DNA of 64,000 nt, taken from Cladosporium halotolerans. Its lineage: Eukaryota. The position numbers and the translations under genes are program-made. The DNA lies in NCBI RefSeq assembly GCF_011745625.1, contig NW_027191478.1, forward strand, positions 124,001 through 188,000, in the 5' to 3' direction. Positions 48,203 to 61,075 of the stretch are shown one piece after another. Each line of letters starts with the position of its first letter. Positions within the stretch are counted from its first letter, which is position 1. Below the pieces are notes generated by a model. The model saw only the letters and a list, made by a program, of their open reading frames with translations. It did not search any database and was not told where the DNA came from.

Positions 48203-50293
48203 CTAAGTCGCCGCAATAACTCTGTGTGGTGATGGAAAACCAGCATCCTTCTGTGCAGAGCCCACGCCTGCTGTTCGCATGGGAGGTTGGGTAGCCACAG
48301 AGGCTGCCTTTAATACCGCCGCCGAGGGAGCATCATCGTTTTCCGCCTCCGATTCTTCCTCAGTGTTGGTGCCGGTGGAAGGCTCGCTCTCGTGGGTGAT
48401 GGCAGAGGCCGTCACCAACGAAGGCTCCGATGGGATATTCTTGAATGGTACACCATCTTCAGATGCATCGGCCAGATCAGCACCCTTCTCATTGACTTGT
48501 TTCTTCAACTCGGAGGTCGAAACTTCATTCGCCGTTTGCTTCTCTTCAGCAGCGTTCGTGGTTGACGTTGGCGGGGCACTTTCCACAGGCTCTTCCTCCC
48601 TCTCGTAGAATAGCATAAACACGCCACCTTGCTGGAGCACATCCTCGTCAGGGACCGAAGACACATCTTCGTCGCTTAATCGCCACCATGGCAGCTTGCC
48701 TTCGCCATTGCACGGAGTCTCATCAGGTTCAGCGAGATTGTCCTCATCTGCAGCTTCATCAGAAGCAGCAGCCGCGGGTGGATGTTGGCGGTAGGCGATG
48801 TAGTGGCCGTTCTCATGTCGACCGTAATGCGTGATGACAGCCTTGAGTTTATACAAGCACTGATCGGGGTCTGACCGCATGGCAAGCATCGATTGTGACG
48901 CCTCAGAAATGGCAACGTCTCCTGATGGTTTTTCTGCTCCGTCTCTGACCCCCAACATCCATTTACCAAGGTCCAGTACCTGGGGATATCTCACTGCGGC
49001 GTAGTTCTTCCTCTGAGCTCCCGTCATTTCATCAAACACACTCCGATTTACGTGTATCACGAGACCGCGCGGGGCACGACCAACGACAGATTGCCTGGTT
49101 TTCGTGCTTGATACCCGAGCTTTCTTAGAAATCTGGCAGCTCTCCTTCAAAGTCTTGTCGCTGAAGTCGTCGGCCTCAAGCGCCTTTTCCACGGCCTTCA
49201 AACGCTGTACGATCTTCTCACGAAGCTCCGGTGGAAGCTGCAAGGCTTTCTTTTCTTCCGCCGATTCCTTTTCCTCCCCAGGCGCCGGAGAAAGCATCCT
49301 GTTCAGATCGATTCTTGCCTTAAGAAGTGTACATTTCGCACACTCCACTTCCGAGATATCCTCGATCTTGGTATACTCATCCAGGCAATTGGCCAGATCA
49401 TATTCGTAACTCGAGCCAAGGGGTACAGTGAGGCAGTTGAATGGGATCATCGACAAGCCTTCGGAGAAGCCACACTTCGTGCAAGCCACTCTCTGCGCCA
49501 GCAAGCCTTCTAGCGGCACCGAGAAAGGTGGTGCAGACATTTGCGCAGCAATATCACCCTTCTTCTTCTCTGCACTTTCCAAACCCGGCTTCACCGCAGC
49601 AGCACCGAAAACTTTGCTCGCCTCTTTCTCCAAATCATCAACAATTTTGCTGTAGTACTCCTGCGCGTCTTGCTGTTGCCAGCTGCTCATGCTCTTCAAC
49701 TTCGCCGGCGTCCAGATATGGCTGCCGTTGTTGGCTGCGTTGTTAAGCTTTTGCACAATTTGCTGTAGTGACGACGATGTGCTGTCCTTGGGCAAGGCCT
49801 TATGCGACGAGAAGCTCGACAAGTATGGCTTGAGCGACCCTACCGCACTCAGACCCTGGAGAACAGAGTTCTGATAGCAGGAGTTGTCCCAGTTGCCCAA
49901 GCCCGGCGGCGCATCAGATTTGGGTTTCCTCTTCGCACCGCCAATATTGCGCATCAGAATCGCGCCAGCCGGCAACTGCTGCATGACAGCTCTGCTCCCG
50001 AGGCCCAGCATGTTTCTCAAAGACTCGGACTTGGCGGCATGTACTTGCGAGCGGGAGCTTTCTTGACTGCGAAGTTCTTCTCTTTTGCTCGTATCCAGTA
50101 GTAATATCGCAGGTACCAGGTAAACGACAGCGTTCCAAGCGACTTCCAGAGGCGAGAGTACAGCAACGTCCAGGTACACCAGCGCTTGGTGCACGACGAG
50201 CAGGGCGCCGATCGCGTACGCGATTATGGATGGGACAGTGGTCTGCACGGGCGGGATGCGTTGCAGGAGCTCGTCCAGCTGGTTGCGGTCCAT
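48203..50293 (-). CDS. Ubiquitin-specific protease (C19) with an N-terminal hydrophobic anchor
   Basis: Cys box GLGNWDNSCYQNSVLQ, QQDAQEY, His box HYGRHENGHYIAYR, WWRLSD, FMLFYE. Confidence 0.93.
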   Translation of the reverse strand: MDRNQLDELLQRIPPVQTTVPSIIAYAIGALLVVHQALVYLDVAVLSPLEVAWNAVVYLVPAILLLDTSKREELRSQESSRSQVHAAKSESLRNMLGLGSRAVMQQLPAGAILMRNIGGAKRKPKSDAPPGLGNWDNSCYQNSVLQGLSAVGSLKPYLSSFSSHKALPKDSTSSSLQQIVQKLNNAANNGSHIWTPAKLKSMSSWQQQDAQEYYSKIVDDLEKEASKVFGAAAVKPGLESAEKKKGDIAAQMSAPPFSVPLEGLLAQRVACTKCGFSEGLSMIPFNCLTVPLGSSYEYDLANCLDEYTKIEDISEVECAKCTLLKARIDLNRMLSPAPGEEKESAEEKKALQLPPELREKIVQRLKAVEKALEADDFSDKTLKESCQISKKARVSSTKTRQSVVGRAPRGLVIHVNRSVFDEMTGAQRKNYAAVRYPQVLDLGKWMLGVRDGAEKPSGDVAISEASQSMLAMRSDPDQCLYKLKAVITHYGRHENGHYIAYRQHPPAAAASDEAADEDNLAEPDETPCNGEGKLPWWRLSDEDVSSVPDEDVLQQGGVFMLFYEREEEPVESAPPTSTTNAAEEKQTANEVSTSELKKQVNEKGADLADASEDGVPFKNIPSEPSLVTASAITHESEPSTGTNTEEESEAENDDAPSAAVLKAASVATQPPMRTAGVGSAQKDAGFPSPHRVIAAT

Positions 50294-50597
50294 GGTTCAG
50301 TCCGGAGCGAGGTCGTGGTATAGATGAAAGTGCCAGAGCAGCATGGGTGGCGAAGCGGTAGGCTTTGCTCCCATGTGGTGGTTGCGAACAACGAAATGTC
50401 GCCGCCCGCCCTGCGCTGCTTGTGAATAATGCATGCGTCGCCGCTCGGCAGGGACCACCCGCTTGGGCCCTCATGCGCGGCCAATCAGCGCGCGGGGTTT
50501 GCTCGCTCGCCTGACCGTCTTCGAAAAAGTCCTGTCACATGCAAAAGTGTTTTAAAGAATACTGACTTCACTACTCTCCAAGAGCGAATCTCTTAAC

Positions 50598-51164
50598 ATG
50601 GCCAAAGTACCCAAGATCAAGAAGAAGGAGGAATCCGTCCGCTCGCGGGCCTACCGCCGCCAGGCCTCGCCCGAAGCGATGCCCAAAAAGACACCCGAAG
50701 GCTCCGTCGACGAGAATGATTCCTGGATGTACGGCGCCGCGAACGCCGGCGTGCACAAGAAGGCAGCAAAGAATAAGAAGATGACTCGCCAGCAGCGCGA
50801 GCGTCAGCTCAAAGCGATCGAGCACGCTGAGCGCAACGTGGACAAGCACGAGAAGAACGTCGCCGACAGCAAGCACCGTGGCCGACGCACGCAGGGCAGG
50901 CGCAAGGATTGGGAGGATATCAACGGCACTACGGCGGAAAAGGTTGCCAAGCTCATGGCAGAGGGTTACGGTGCCGCTATGGAGGGCGCAGAGGATGATG
51001 AGGAAATTGGAGAGGAACAAGGTGCCAGTGCTCCGGATGCTATGGCCGATTTGGACCAGCAGCCTGTCATGCCTGAGCAGAACTTGGGACAGTCTACTAC
51101 GGTTGCTCAGGAGCCTACCCCGGCGCTGCAGCAAGCGGAGGAAGACGTTGATGACATCTCATGA
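50598..51164 (+). CDS. Alb1/Ecm1-like pre-60S ribosome biogenesis factor
   Basis: SVRSRAYRRQASP, NAGVHK, QRERQLKAIEHAE..DK.EK.VADSK.R....RRKDWEDIN. Confidence 0.7.
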   Translation: MAKVPKIKKKEESVRSRAYRRQASPEAMPKKTPEGSVDENDSWMYGAANAGVHKKAAKNKKMTRQQRERQLKAIEHAERNVDKHEKNVADSKHRGRRTQGRRKDWEDINGTTAEKVAKLMAEGYGAAMEGAEDDEEIGEEQGASAPDAMADLDQQPVMPEQNLGQSTTVAQEPTPALQQAEEDVDDIS

Positions 51165-51562
51165 TCTGGCGACGCTGCGAGAAAGTTAGGACGACCACGA
51201 CGATCAAATTGTTGGGCGCAAAGAACCCTCAAATGGAGATGGAGCATTCTTGCCTTTTGAATTCCAGCATGCCAGTAAACCTAGTGCAAGGCGGATGCCA
51301 ATAAAGGATTAGCTGGTAGCCGCACTGCTATCAGGTGGAAGAGGGTGGTAACGACGGGGGAAGCAAGAGGCAGGGTCTTGGGGCTCATTAATATCAAGGC
51401 GGGCGCATATTGCAAGTGCCGCCGTGGAGGAAATGATGAATTATGCCTTCTATGCTAAGAAGCGTATGCTGTTGAATAGCTCAAGCTCAAAGTGAGTGTC
51501 TTCGCCTCGCGCGACACTGCCACAGAGCAAGCCTCTTTCGGGGGCCAAGTAAGGCAAACCGC

Positions 51563-53229
51563 CTAAGGAATATACCTGAAGTTCGGGTGACGGTACCCAA
51601 GCTCTCCTTGCTGAATCTCATCGAGTCCTTCCAATCTGTGGTCACGCTTTCCTCTGGCCCTCAAGCGGTTCTCGCGAACGGTGTATAGGATGCCGAAGGT
51701 GGCGAGCAAGGCCACGCAGATTTGCGCAACCAAATTGATGGTGTGGCCGATCGGATAGTCGGGGGCATCGGTGGCCATGTAGGTCCAGCTGTGCACTGTC
51801 AGTCTCAACGATCTTGTGGGCGGAGTTTCTTTACTTACGTGGCCACGATAGCGCCGAAGCTGCCGATACTGACAATGTAGCCTCCGGCCACAGCGCGTAC
51901 TGCCGGGCCCGCCGCATTGTTTAGGCCCCAGCTGAGGAAACCTGGTCCACCCGGGAAGGCACCGGCCGCGGAGAAGAAGACGGCCATGTACTTGATGTTG
52001 GAGTTGTCGCTCGCTCTCAGAATAGAGAACCCAACGACACACAGGATCGGGAAAGTCGCGAGGTAAACGCCACGCAGCCTGGTTCGGTCACTAGCGAATG
52101 CCACTGCGATAGAAAGGATGCAAGCGACGCAGTAAGGCGCGACACTGTATAGCTGAGCGTTGATGGCGGTGTGTCCCATGTCGCGAAGAAGGGTTGGCAG
52201 GAAAAGCGAGAACGACTGGACGGTGATATTGACCGCGAAGAATCCAAATGCGCAGAAAGTGTTGCTGATGTTGAAGACTGCGCGCTTGACGTGGTGCAGC
52301 TGGACCTTCTCATGGACGTTCGCCTTGTGCTCTCGGTAGAGACGCTCGGCGGCGATTTGTTGCTCGCGAGGTGTGAAGAACTTGCACTTGTCCGGGTGCG
52401 TTTGCATGAAGAAAGGGGCAATGAGCGCAACGATGACCGTGAAGAGGCCTTCGAAGAAGAAGATATGGCGCCAGGTGTGCAGCTTCATCGAAGCGATTCC
52501 AAACTCGGGGATCTGGGTCAAGCCTGCGGCCAGGAGGCCTCCGAAGGCACCTGCCAGCGAACTGGCCGAGACAAAGATTCCGATGCGGAAGAGAAGCTCT
52601 CCTCTCTTGTAAAAACAAGATAGGAAGAAAGCAATACCAGGCATGGTACCACCCTCGGCAAGACCAAGGATGGCGCGAGCGGCAAACAGACCTTGGTGGC
52701 TTTTCACAAAAGCCGTGCAAAGCGACACGAGGCCAAAGGAGAAAACCAGAAACGGAATCCAGAATCGAGGGCCGACAGCCTTCAGAATGATGTTACTCGG
52801 AATCTCAACGCTAAGACGAATTAGTTGACGCAAACGATACAGAAATCAGAATGAGACGCACGCAATGTAGGTAAAGTAGAAGATGGTCAAAGCCCAGTTG
52901 AAACGAAAGCCGACGAGCTCGAGGTCGTCCTGCATTCCTTGAATGCGTGCATTACCTGAACGAGAGGTTAGACTCATTTCACTGCTTTTCGATTGTTGCT
53001 ACCATTGAATCATACCGACGTTCGCTCTGTCGAGGAAACAGAGCAGGTAAAGCAGAGTGACCAAAGGAACAACCCGGAAGTCAAGCTTCCTGCGGATTTT
53101 CCTCTCTTCATCGTCGGTCCAAGTCAGACGGCTCCTGTCGCTGTCGTTGTCGCTCGTCGAAGGCGACGCAGAGTCAACCTCGCGTTGGTTGAGCTCGGGA
53201 AAGTCGTTCTTCTCCAAAGCGGGATCCAT
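51563..53229 (-). CDS. MFS transporter, anion:cation symporter (Tna1/Dal5-like)
   Basis: RKLDFRVVPLVTLLYLLCFLDRANVG|NARIQG, EIPSN, FYKRGELLFRIGIF, WRHIFFFEG, C-terminal LGYRHPNFRY. Three introns; an alternative ATG lies at 53244. Confidence 0.92.
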
Positions 53230-54415
53230 GGTTGGCCTCAGCATCCTGACGGTTGGAACGGGCCAACTGCAGCGAATCCTGGAATCCTAATATAATCAAC
53301 CCCAGGGTTTCAGATCGTGCGGAGACCCCAGATTCTTTCTCTTGGATATGGGGTATGTGGCTGTTCGTCAACCGATCAACCGAAGGGCCCGAGGATGAGG
53401 ATAGAGGTAAAGAAAGCAGAAAATCGGCAGGTGAGGACGGCAAACGGGATGGGTGTATGAATTTTTGGCCGGGTCCCTACTATCAGGCTGAAGGCCAACC
53501 GTGCACGAACTGCCGCGTCTTGGATGCTTTCTTCGGGCGCCGCCATGGCTGCTCTAAGGGCTTGGCCGTGGCCAGGCATTCGCCAGAAGAGAGCTCCAGC
53601 CTCAGGTAGCGGAGCCAGAAAACCTTGGCCCTGTATAGCCCTGCAGATTAAGCTTAACATGTCCGCCTCGTGAACTGCACGTGGTCACGGCAGATGTAGA
53701 AACACGGTTGATGCTAAGTTGCGAGTCTTGCGTGTCCAAATAGTGTTGGTAATTCTGTCTGTCTGTATGTCACAACATGCAATCAACTGTTGTCTGGATT
53801 TCAGTTGAGGAAGGCTTTGACCCACCCCCAAGTCGCTAACGGGTGGGGAAGTGCGATCTCGGCCGCTTTAATCCAAACGTGGCGTGTGCGTTGTTTCGCG
53901 AGATTACTGGACCACCCAGACTCGTGTTGCTTCGAAAATAGACATGAAGAATGTCTTTCTCAGACTTTCCAGATGAAGCGTGAACCACACCACGTTCGAT
54001 CTCAAACATCTTCATGAACGACTCCAAGCTAGAAAGCCTTTGTTCTTGGGCTCTCAGACCTTGGACTTGGTGGTACAGGGGCCCGGACAGCCAACGCTGG
54101 CAGCGTTCGCGTAACCTCGGGGAGCCCTCCTGCGTCGAGGCAACGGCAGTTTGTCTGGCTGGTTTGCTGTGCATGTCGACATGCACGTCCAGCGAAACAG
54201 CATGCATTGTGAGACTGAGGGCTTCGGGGAAGCAGCATGATCTGCGCCGAGTATGCGGGGCTCTCGAAACGGTCAACGTGCACACGCGACTGCACTGACA
54301 CGGGAGCTCTTTCGCTAAGCGACCTCAGCCGCGTTCGCCACGGTCGAGCAGGCAAAGAAACCTTGCAACCAAGGAAACAGCTCCGCTTCTGGGCACTGAT
54401 CCGTTGCTCTCCAAG

Positions 54416-56296
54416 ATGCTTCCGCAACTTGCTTTAGGGCTTTTGTTGGCTTCCGGAGGTGCTGTCGGCAATGTCACGCACAGCGGCAAATCCGTCGAGG
54501 TCGGCGATCGCGTAACGTATCACGGCACTTACAAAGATGGAGTGGAAGCGTTCCTTGGCATCAAGTACGGACAAGACACCTCTGGGAAGAACCGCTTTAA
54601 GGCTCCCAGGGCCTACACTCCGACTCCTGGCTCATCCATTGACGCCACTTCTCCCGGCCTAGCATGTCCACAGGACTCTTCTGTCGGTGAGAGCTTCCTG
54701 CCTCTATATCTCACCGTGTTCAGGGAGTATTCGGAGGACTGCTTGAGTCTCAATGTCAACCGACCCAATGGCACAAATAAGGGTGATAAGCTTCCTGTCA
54801 TGGTCTTCATTCACGGTATGTCTATCCGCAGATGGTGCTTACTGATGACCGCTAATGCACCCACAGGAGGTAGCTATATCGTTGGCAGTAAAGATGAACT
54901 CACCTCCCAGCCTGCTGGCTTAATTATTGAGTCCGTGAACAATGGCCTACCGGTCATCCATGTAAGCCTCAATTACAGGCTGGGCATATTCGGCTTTGCG
55001 AAATCTGCTGCTCTGCCTAGCCACAATGCGGCTCTGAGGGATCAGCGTATGGCGCTCGAGTGGGTCAAAGACAACATCGCTGCCTTCGGTGGTGACCCTG
55101 AGAACGTCACCATCCATGGTCAATCTTCAGGCGGTGAGACCTGCCCTCCCATAGAGCGATTCTTGAATAATCAGATTTTGACATTAGACAGGTCTTTCAG
55201 TCGGTTTGCACATCATGGCGTATGGGGGCGAGAAGCCAGTGCCCTTCCAAAAAGCTGTCTGTCAGTCCCAGGCACTTGAGCCAGGCATCACGGGCGAGTA
55301 CACCAGCAACGCTATGGCAAGAGTGCTGAATGCGTCCGAATGTAATACTACGTCGATAGATTCTCAGGCCACCATCGACTGCTTCAGAGGACTCAGCATA
55401 GAGAAGCTTCTGCAGCTGCAAACTGAAACGGCGGGCGACAAAGAGAATATTGGCGATATATGGCTCCCTGTGGTTGATGGCGACTTCCTGCCGTCAGCGC
55501 CATCGGAGCTGGTTCGTGAAGGACGCTTCGCCGCAATCCCCACCATCATGGGCTGGACCGAAGACGACACCGCGCCGTTCGTAGACATCATCATCAAGAC
55601 CAGCAACGACACCACCAAGTTCTTCCGAGACTACGCCCCATCTATGTCGGACGCGAACTTGCAGAAGCTGCTGGATCTCTATCCTGTTGGCGAGTTCACG
55701 GCGAACCGTGCGGCCAACCTGAGTGCAGAGTTCTATCGCTCTGCCCGGATACTGCGCGACATTCTGATGGTGTGCGAACCATTCCTCTATGGTCAAGCGC
55801 TGTCCAAGAAGGGCCAGCCGGTGTATTTCTACGACCAGAATCAGACTGTCGTCGATAAGCCTTTGGAGTCGCTTGGCCTTCCCGGACTAGGTGTAGTGCA
55901 TACCTCTGAGTTCGCCTACGTCTTCAACAACATCTCGCACTATGACAGTGAGTAGAAGCACAATTTCACAAACTACGAGCGCAATGCTAACGAGCTGCAC
56001 TAGTCAACAACTACACGTACAGCCCCACCGCCTCAGACGAGCGCCTTGCCATCCGTGAGACACGGAGCTGGTCTGCCTTCGCTTCCCATGGCCATCCTTC
56101 CTTGAAAGGTCGTGGAACTCTCGAAGGGTGGGAGCCTGCTTTCGGCTCCCCGAACGAGACTCGCGTCTTCGTGATTGGAAGCGTCGAAGAGGGTCTTCAT
56201 TCGCTCGGCGACAGCTCCGTGATCGGGCGGCAGAAGCTGCAGGAGCGGTGCGATTTCATCAACAGCCCGGAAATCATCGAGCAGCTGCAGTTCTGA
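54416..56296 (+). CDS. Secreted type-B carboxylesterase/lipase
   Basis: Signal peptide MLPQLALGLLLASGG; SEDCLSLNV, VMVFIHG|GSY, NYRLGIFGF, FGGDPENVTIHGQSSG, HTSEFAYVF. Three introns. Confidence 0.92.
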
Positions 56297-57127
56297 GATA
56301 ACCCCGAGATCTTTACACGGCGAGCTTTGGATGCACAATTCTACCGCGGATCATATTTGCCTTCATGTGGATGCGACAAGATACGTGCGAACGCCATGGT
56401 GGCAAATTGCTGAGTTTGATGGGCGGGCTCGGAGGTCTGAATTTCTTAGCGCCGCTGCCTTGGTGGACAAATGAAAGTCTCCCGGGCGATGGTCGTCGCA
56501 GGGTACAGTTGAGCACAGTGTTGCTCGGAGACCACCTTGAGGGTCTCCGTTGCGTCCTGCACAAGTATTTGATAATGCCCTCATCACGTGAAGATTGGAC
56601 AAGAATTGGCCGCGATGTGTTGTGGACCAAGGGACACAAGCGAGGACTGGATCGTCGCCTCGGAGGTCTGTCCGCCGTCCGTCCGTCGCCATCGTTGTCA
56701 TCCGCAGGCCGTCGGCGAAAGGCCAAGTGGCTTGCAGTACAGCGGTCTCGAGTACTTGAATGATATGGTCGTATAACTTGGACGATAATCATGCCTGCTT
56801 CTTATCATATCGCATGGCAATCACGGCAATGTTGTCTCGCATGGTCCGTGCGTGATGGCATCTCAGGCTTGCCATGGCGCGTTCGGCGACGCGGCGGCAG
56901 CTCCGCCCTGTTTCATCAAACCGTCTTTCCGTGCCGTTTGGGCACACAGTAGGGTCGAGTCGTGGCTCACTCCTCCTGCCATCCACCTCCTCGTGATGAT
57001 ACCTTAATAAGAGAGCGCTGGTCGACTGCAATAGTCCCACATCGCATGCCCATAAGTGACACTCGTGGCGCTGCCGGTCGGTAGCAGCCGTGAGGCGGCG
57101 CCTTGCGCCGTCTTGTCGCAGCGGCAG

Positions 57128-60100
57128 ATGCAAATGGAGCGCCAGCGTGAGCGCGAGCTCGCCAAGTGCGTTACAGTAACACCATCATCTGCGCACGCCC
57201 GTAGCGTATGGCTGATTCCCGACCGACAGGTATTTTCGGAGCGCTTCCATTGAGCCCGTGCGTGCTGGGGTCGAGCGTGCTATTGCAGCCGGAGCTCAGC
57301 GGTCCAAAGACGCCACCCTCACTGCGCTTGCGCAGCTCGGAGCGCTCAAGTTGCAGTGTGAGCGGTCGTTCATTTCCATAATTGACCAATCGCACCAATA
57401 TATCATCGGCGAGGCCACCAGAACACATTCGCTGCAAAAAGATGCGGCGGCCTCGCTTGACGACTCGCTGTACCTGGGTGTTCGCGCGCTGGAACTGCAC
57501 TGGGGCGTGTGTCCGACTACCATCCAAGTCTTCACGGGCGTTCGCAAGAGCATTTCCACCGAGAACGTCTCCGCCGACCAGTCCCAATTTGTGATCCGCG
57601 ACTTCACACGTGAGGCGACCTATCGGGACCGCGAATACATTGCAGGATGGTATGATCAGCCCTGGTGCTGCCTTCAATCTCCGCGCTGATGCATTTCTCT
57701 CCAGGCCGCACATGCGTTCGTACGCAGAGGTGCCTCTAAAGACCCAGACAGGCAGCGTGATCGGCTCTTATTGCGTTGTCGACACCAAGCCGCGGTCATA
57801 TTCACCTCTCGATATCGAATCTCTCACTGAAATCGCCGATTCGATCATGGGCCACCTCGACTTGCTGCGCATCAAGCAAGACCATGAAAGGGCGCAGAAA
57901 TTGGTACATGGGCTGAGCTCTTTCGTGAGAGCCAGTCTCGATCCAAATGCTGGTGGGGAGCCAGTCTTACCCATCTTGCAGAGTCAAGACACGTCCCCTC
58001 ACGCGGAGATTGATGGTCGATTCAGCGCAGCCGCTCCTCCAGATCTGGGCGCGGCAAATAGTTTTGCGCCAACACAGTCTACTGAATCTAGAGCTCCGTT
58101 TGAGGCAGAGGCACTATCAATAAATCTAGAGAAGCCCCTCAGTCGCTTGGACCTCGACGAAGAAGCCGTCATGGAGTCCAAACCAGAACGCCAGACAGAT
58201 CCAATCTCACAAGATTTGCAAACACCATCAGACGGTATGGTGGCAGACTCCCACAGCTTGACGGTTTCAGTGAAGCAGCAAAAGCCGGAGCCAGCCGAAT
58301 CCGGAGATGACGCGGTCTTTTCCAAGGTTGCTGATCTGGCGTGCCGGGGTAACGATGTAGACGGTGTCCTCATCCTGGATTCGGAAGTCGACGAATCGTT
58401 CGAAAGCACGAAAGACACATTCTCACCCTTCAGTCCGCGTGGGCAAGACGACACTGGATACTTTAGAGACCCTGGATACTTGAGATCAGAATTGATGTGC
58501 AAGCAACTAGGGCTGGCGTTAAATGCCAAAGGCGATGGTGATTCTGATAGAAGGCGACCAAAGACTAGAAGCATACCCGCAGCCATGGTCCGCAAACTTC
58601 TCGAACAGCACCCTGCAGGAACTATTCTTACGAGAGAAGATGACGCGCCGGCATTGGACCAGCGCATTAAGTCCTCTGCACATGGATCGGATCTTACGCC
58701 GACCACTCCTCAAGCATACGGTGCGATAGACACACTGTTCGAGTGCCTGGGAAGCCCGCTCTCGGTGGTTTTGGCCCCCATGTGGGGCGCAAACCATCGG
58801 AAGTGGTCTCTCTGCATGATCTGTTGGACCTCTGATCGCTCGAGGACGTTCGACAACGACGATATCTCGCTACTCAGTGCTTTGAACAATAGCATCGTTG
58901 CGGACATAGCACGAAAAGACGCAATCTCGACTTTCCAGACAAAGAATGATTTCATGTCCACGATCTCGCATGAACTCCGTTCTCCTCTGCATGGCATACT
59001 GGCCAGCGTGGAATTGCTTGAAGAGAAGCGAAACGACTCAGAGGCCAAAGCTTTTCTACGAAATATACAGAGCTGCGGGACCACGCTTCTGGACACCATG
59101 GATCAGTTGCTGGAATTTACAGAACTCAACAGCGTAGAGGCGCATATCAAGTCTGTAGAAAGTGCTGCAGACGTAGAGACGCCTACTTCGGCCACGTCTG
59201 CATCGAGGAAAACCAGCGACATCTCTACCACGCTAGTACTTGCAAATCTTGGAGCTCTGGTCGAAGAGGTTGTAGTCAGCATGGAGATAGGTCATGCCTA
59301 CAAACAATCACACAACCAGGCGATGAAGATCGAGAGGAGAGGCTCAACTTCTGGCTTTTCTCCTGTTGAGCTGGTCCCTGTCACGACGTTGCTCACGATT
59401 GATCCTCGTGCCGCAAGACCTGTGCAACTGCAAGTCGGAGCTCTCCGACGAATCATCATGGTTCTTTGCTCCAACTCGCTGCGGTTCACGTCGCGTGGAC
59501 ACATTGAAATCGACGTTTCCCTGCTCAGCGAAAACGAACAATCACATGGCCAAGCTATCAGACTCAGCGTGAGGGATTCCGGCAGAGGAATTGCTCGGGA
59601 ATATCAGGAAAGCCGCTTGTTCGATCCGTTCTCACAAGAACACCCCGTCCAGGAGGGCACAGGTCTGGGTTTGCACATCGCCCGACGACTCGTTCGGGAA
59701 CACAAGGGATTCTTCGACGTCAGGAGTGAGATTGGCGTCGGCACTGTCATGGAAGTCATCATACCCTTTGGTGACAAGATGATGCTCGAAAATCCCTCCG
59801 ACGGCACAGACGTCTATCTACCTAAAAGCCTTGTCACTCGATTGGAAGGACTCAGCGTCTGCCTGCACCAAAGCTTGCGTCTGCCCGAGACTTCCAAATT
59901 ACATTCGCCCCTGGATCTCCATGATTCAACAGAGACGGTGCTGGCACGATCGCTATGTATAACTTTATCCGAATGCTTCGGCATGAAAATCGTCAGAGAA
60001 GATCAGGCACCGGACGTCTGGATTGAGAGCGATAGAGGTGAACTTTTCATTTCGACCTCCCAGCGATGCGCCAACTGCCCAGGCCTTGAAGTGAAAGCAC

Positions 60101-60895
60101 CGTTAGTGTCTATCTCAACCCCTCTCGAGGACATCTGTACTGATTTATCCCAGCATTTCCCCTAAAGCCGTTCTCGCGACCCTAGTGCACGTCCTAGGTG
60201 CCTACAGCGACCTCGACGACACTGCACGGCATGTCCTGCGCCACTTTGCGCCGAACAAGATCTCCAATAAGGAATCACCCCCTGCCGTACAGCAACCAGC
60301 CCGTGCCATGCCGGAGATGTCTGACCATCCAATCAATGACGCTGAAAGTCCTCAAAACGAAGGCTCCGGCGAGGTTCCGGAGTCCGCCGTGCAGACTTCC
60401 AAGAACTTCCTTCTCGTCGACGACAACCAAATCAACCTCAAGGTGAGCTGAAAGAGAAATGCAACCGGTTGTTACATGTCAAAGCTAATCGTGGAACCCT
60501 CTCTTTATTAGGTACTGGGCACTTGCATCTCAAAGATGGGCTACGCACACACATACGCCAACGACGGCCAAGCTGCTGTAGAAGCGTTCCAGCAACAGAG
60601 TTCAGGGCCATACAGCGTGGTTTTCATGGACCTATCCATGCCCGTTCTTGATGGTTTCGAGGCTACCAAGCGCATGCGGAAATTAGAGATCGACGAGGGA
60701 TGGCCGCGCGCTAGAATTGTCGCCATCTCGGCTTTCGGGACAGAAGTGAGCAAAGGGAAAGCAAAAGAGTGCGGCTGTGATCTGTTCCTTGCGAAGCCGG
60801 TGAGTATGAAGAAGGTGAAGGATATGGTTCGGCTGTGGGAGGAGGAAGCTCTCGAAGCTCCTTCGCACGAGGTAGGAAACGCTATTCAAAGCTGA
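57128..60895 (+). CDS. Hybrid sensor histidine kinase (GAF-HisKA-HATPase_c-REC); start uncertain
   Basis: GAF (PHMRSYAEVPL..IGSYCVVD), H-box ISHELRSPLHGILAS, DSGRGI, LFDPFSQE, GTGLGLHI, REC LLVDDNQINLK..VFMDLSMPVLDG..FLAKPV. About four introns. Confidence 0.92.
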
Positions 60896-61075
60896 AGAGA
60901 GCTCGCTGGAACGGGAACACCCATCAACGCAGTCAGTATGACAATGAGAAAGGCTATGAAACTTCATCTACAAGCCCAGGCCATCGATCGTTTCTTGTGC
61001 GACAGCATTCTCATGTTGCGAGGCCAGCCTCGAACGCGATCCATTTCGCCTTTCAACACACGTCGTGTACACCAT

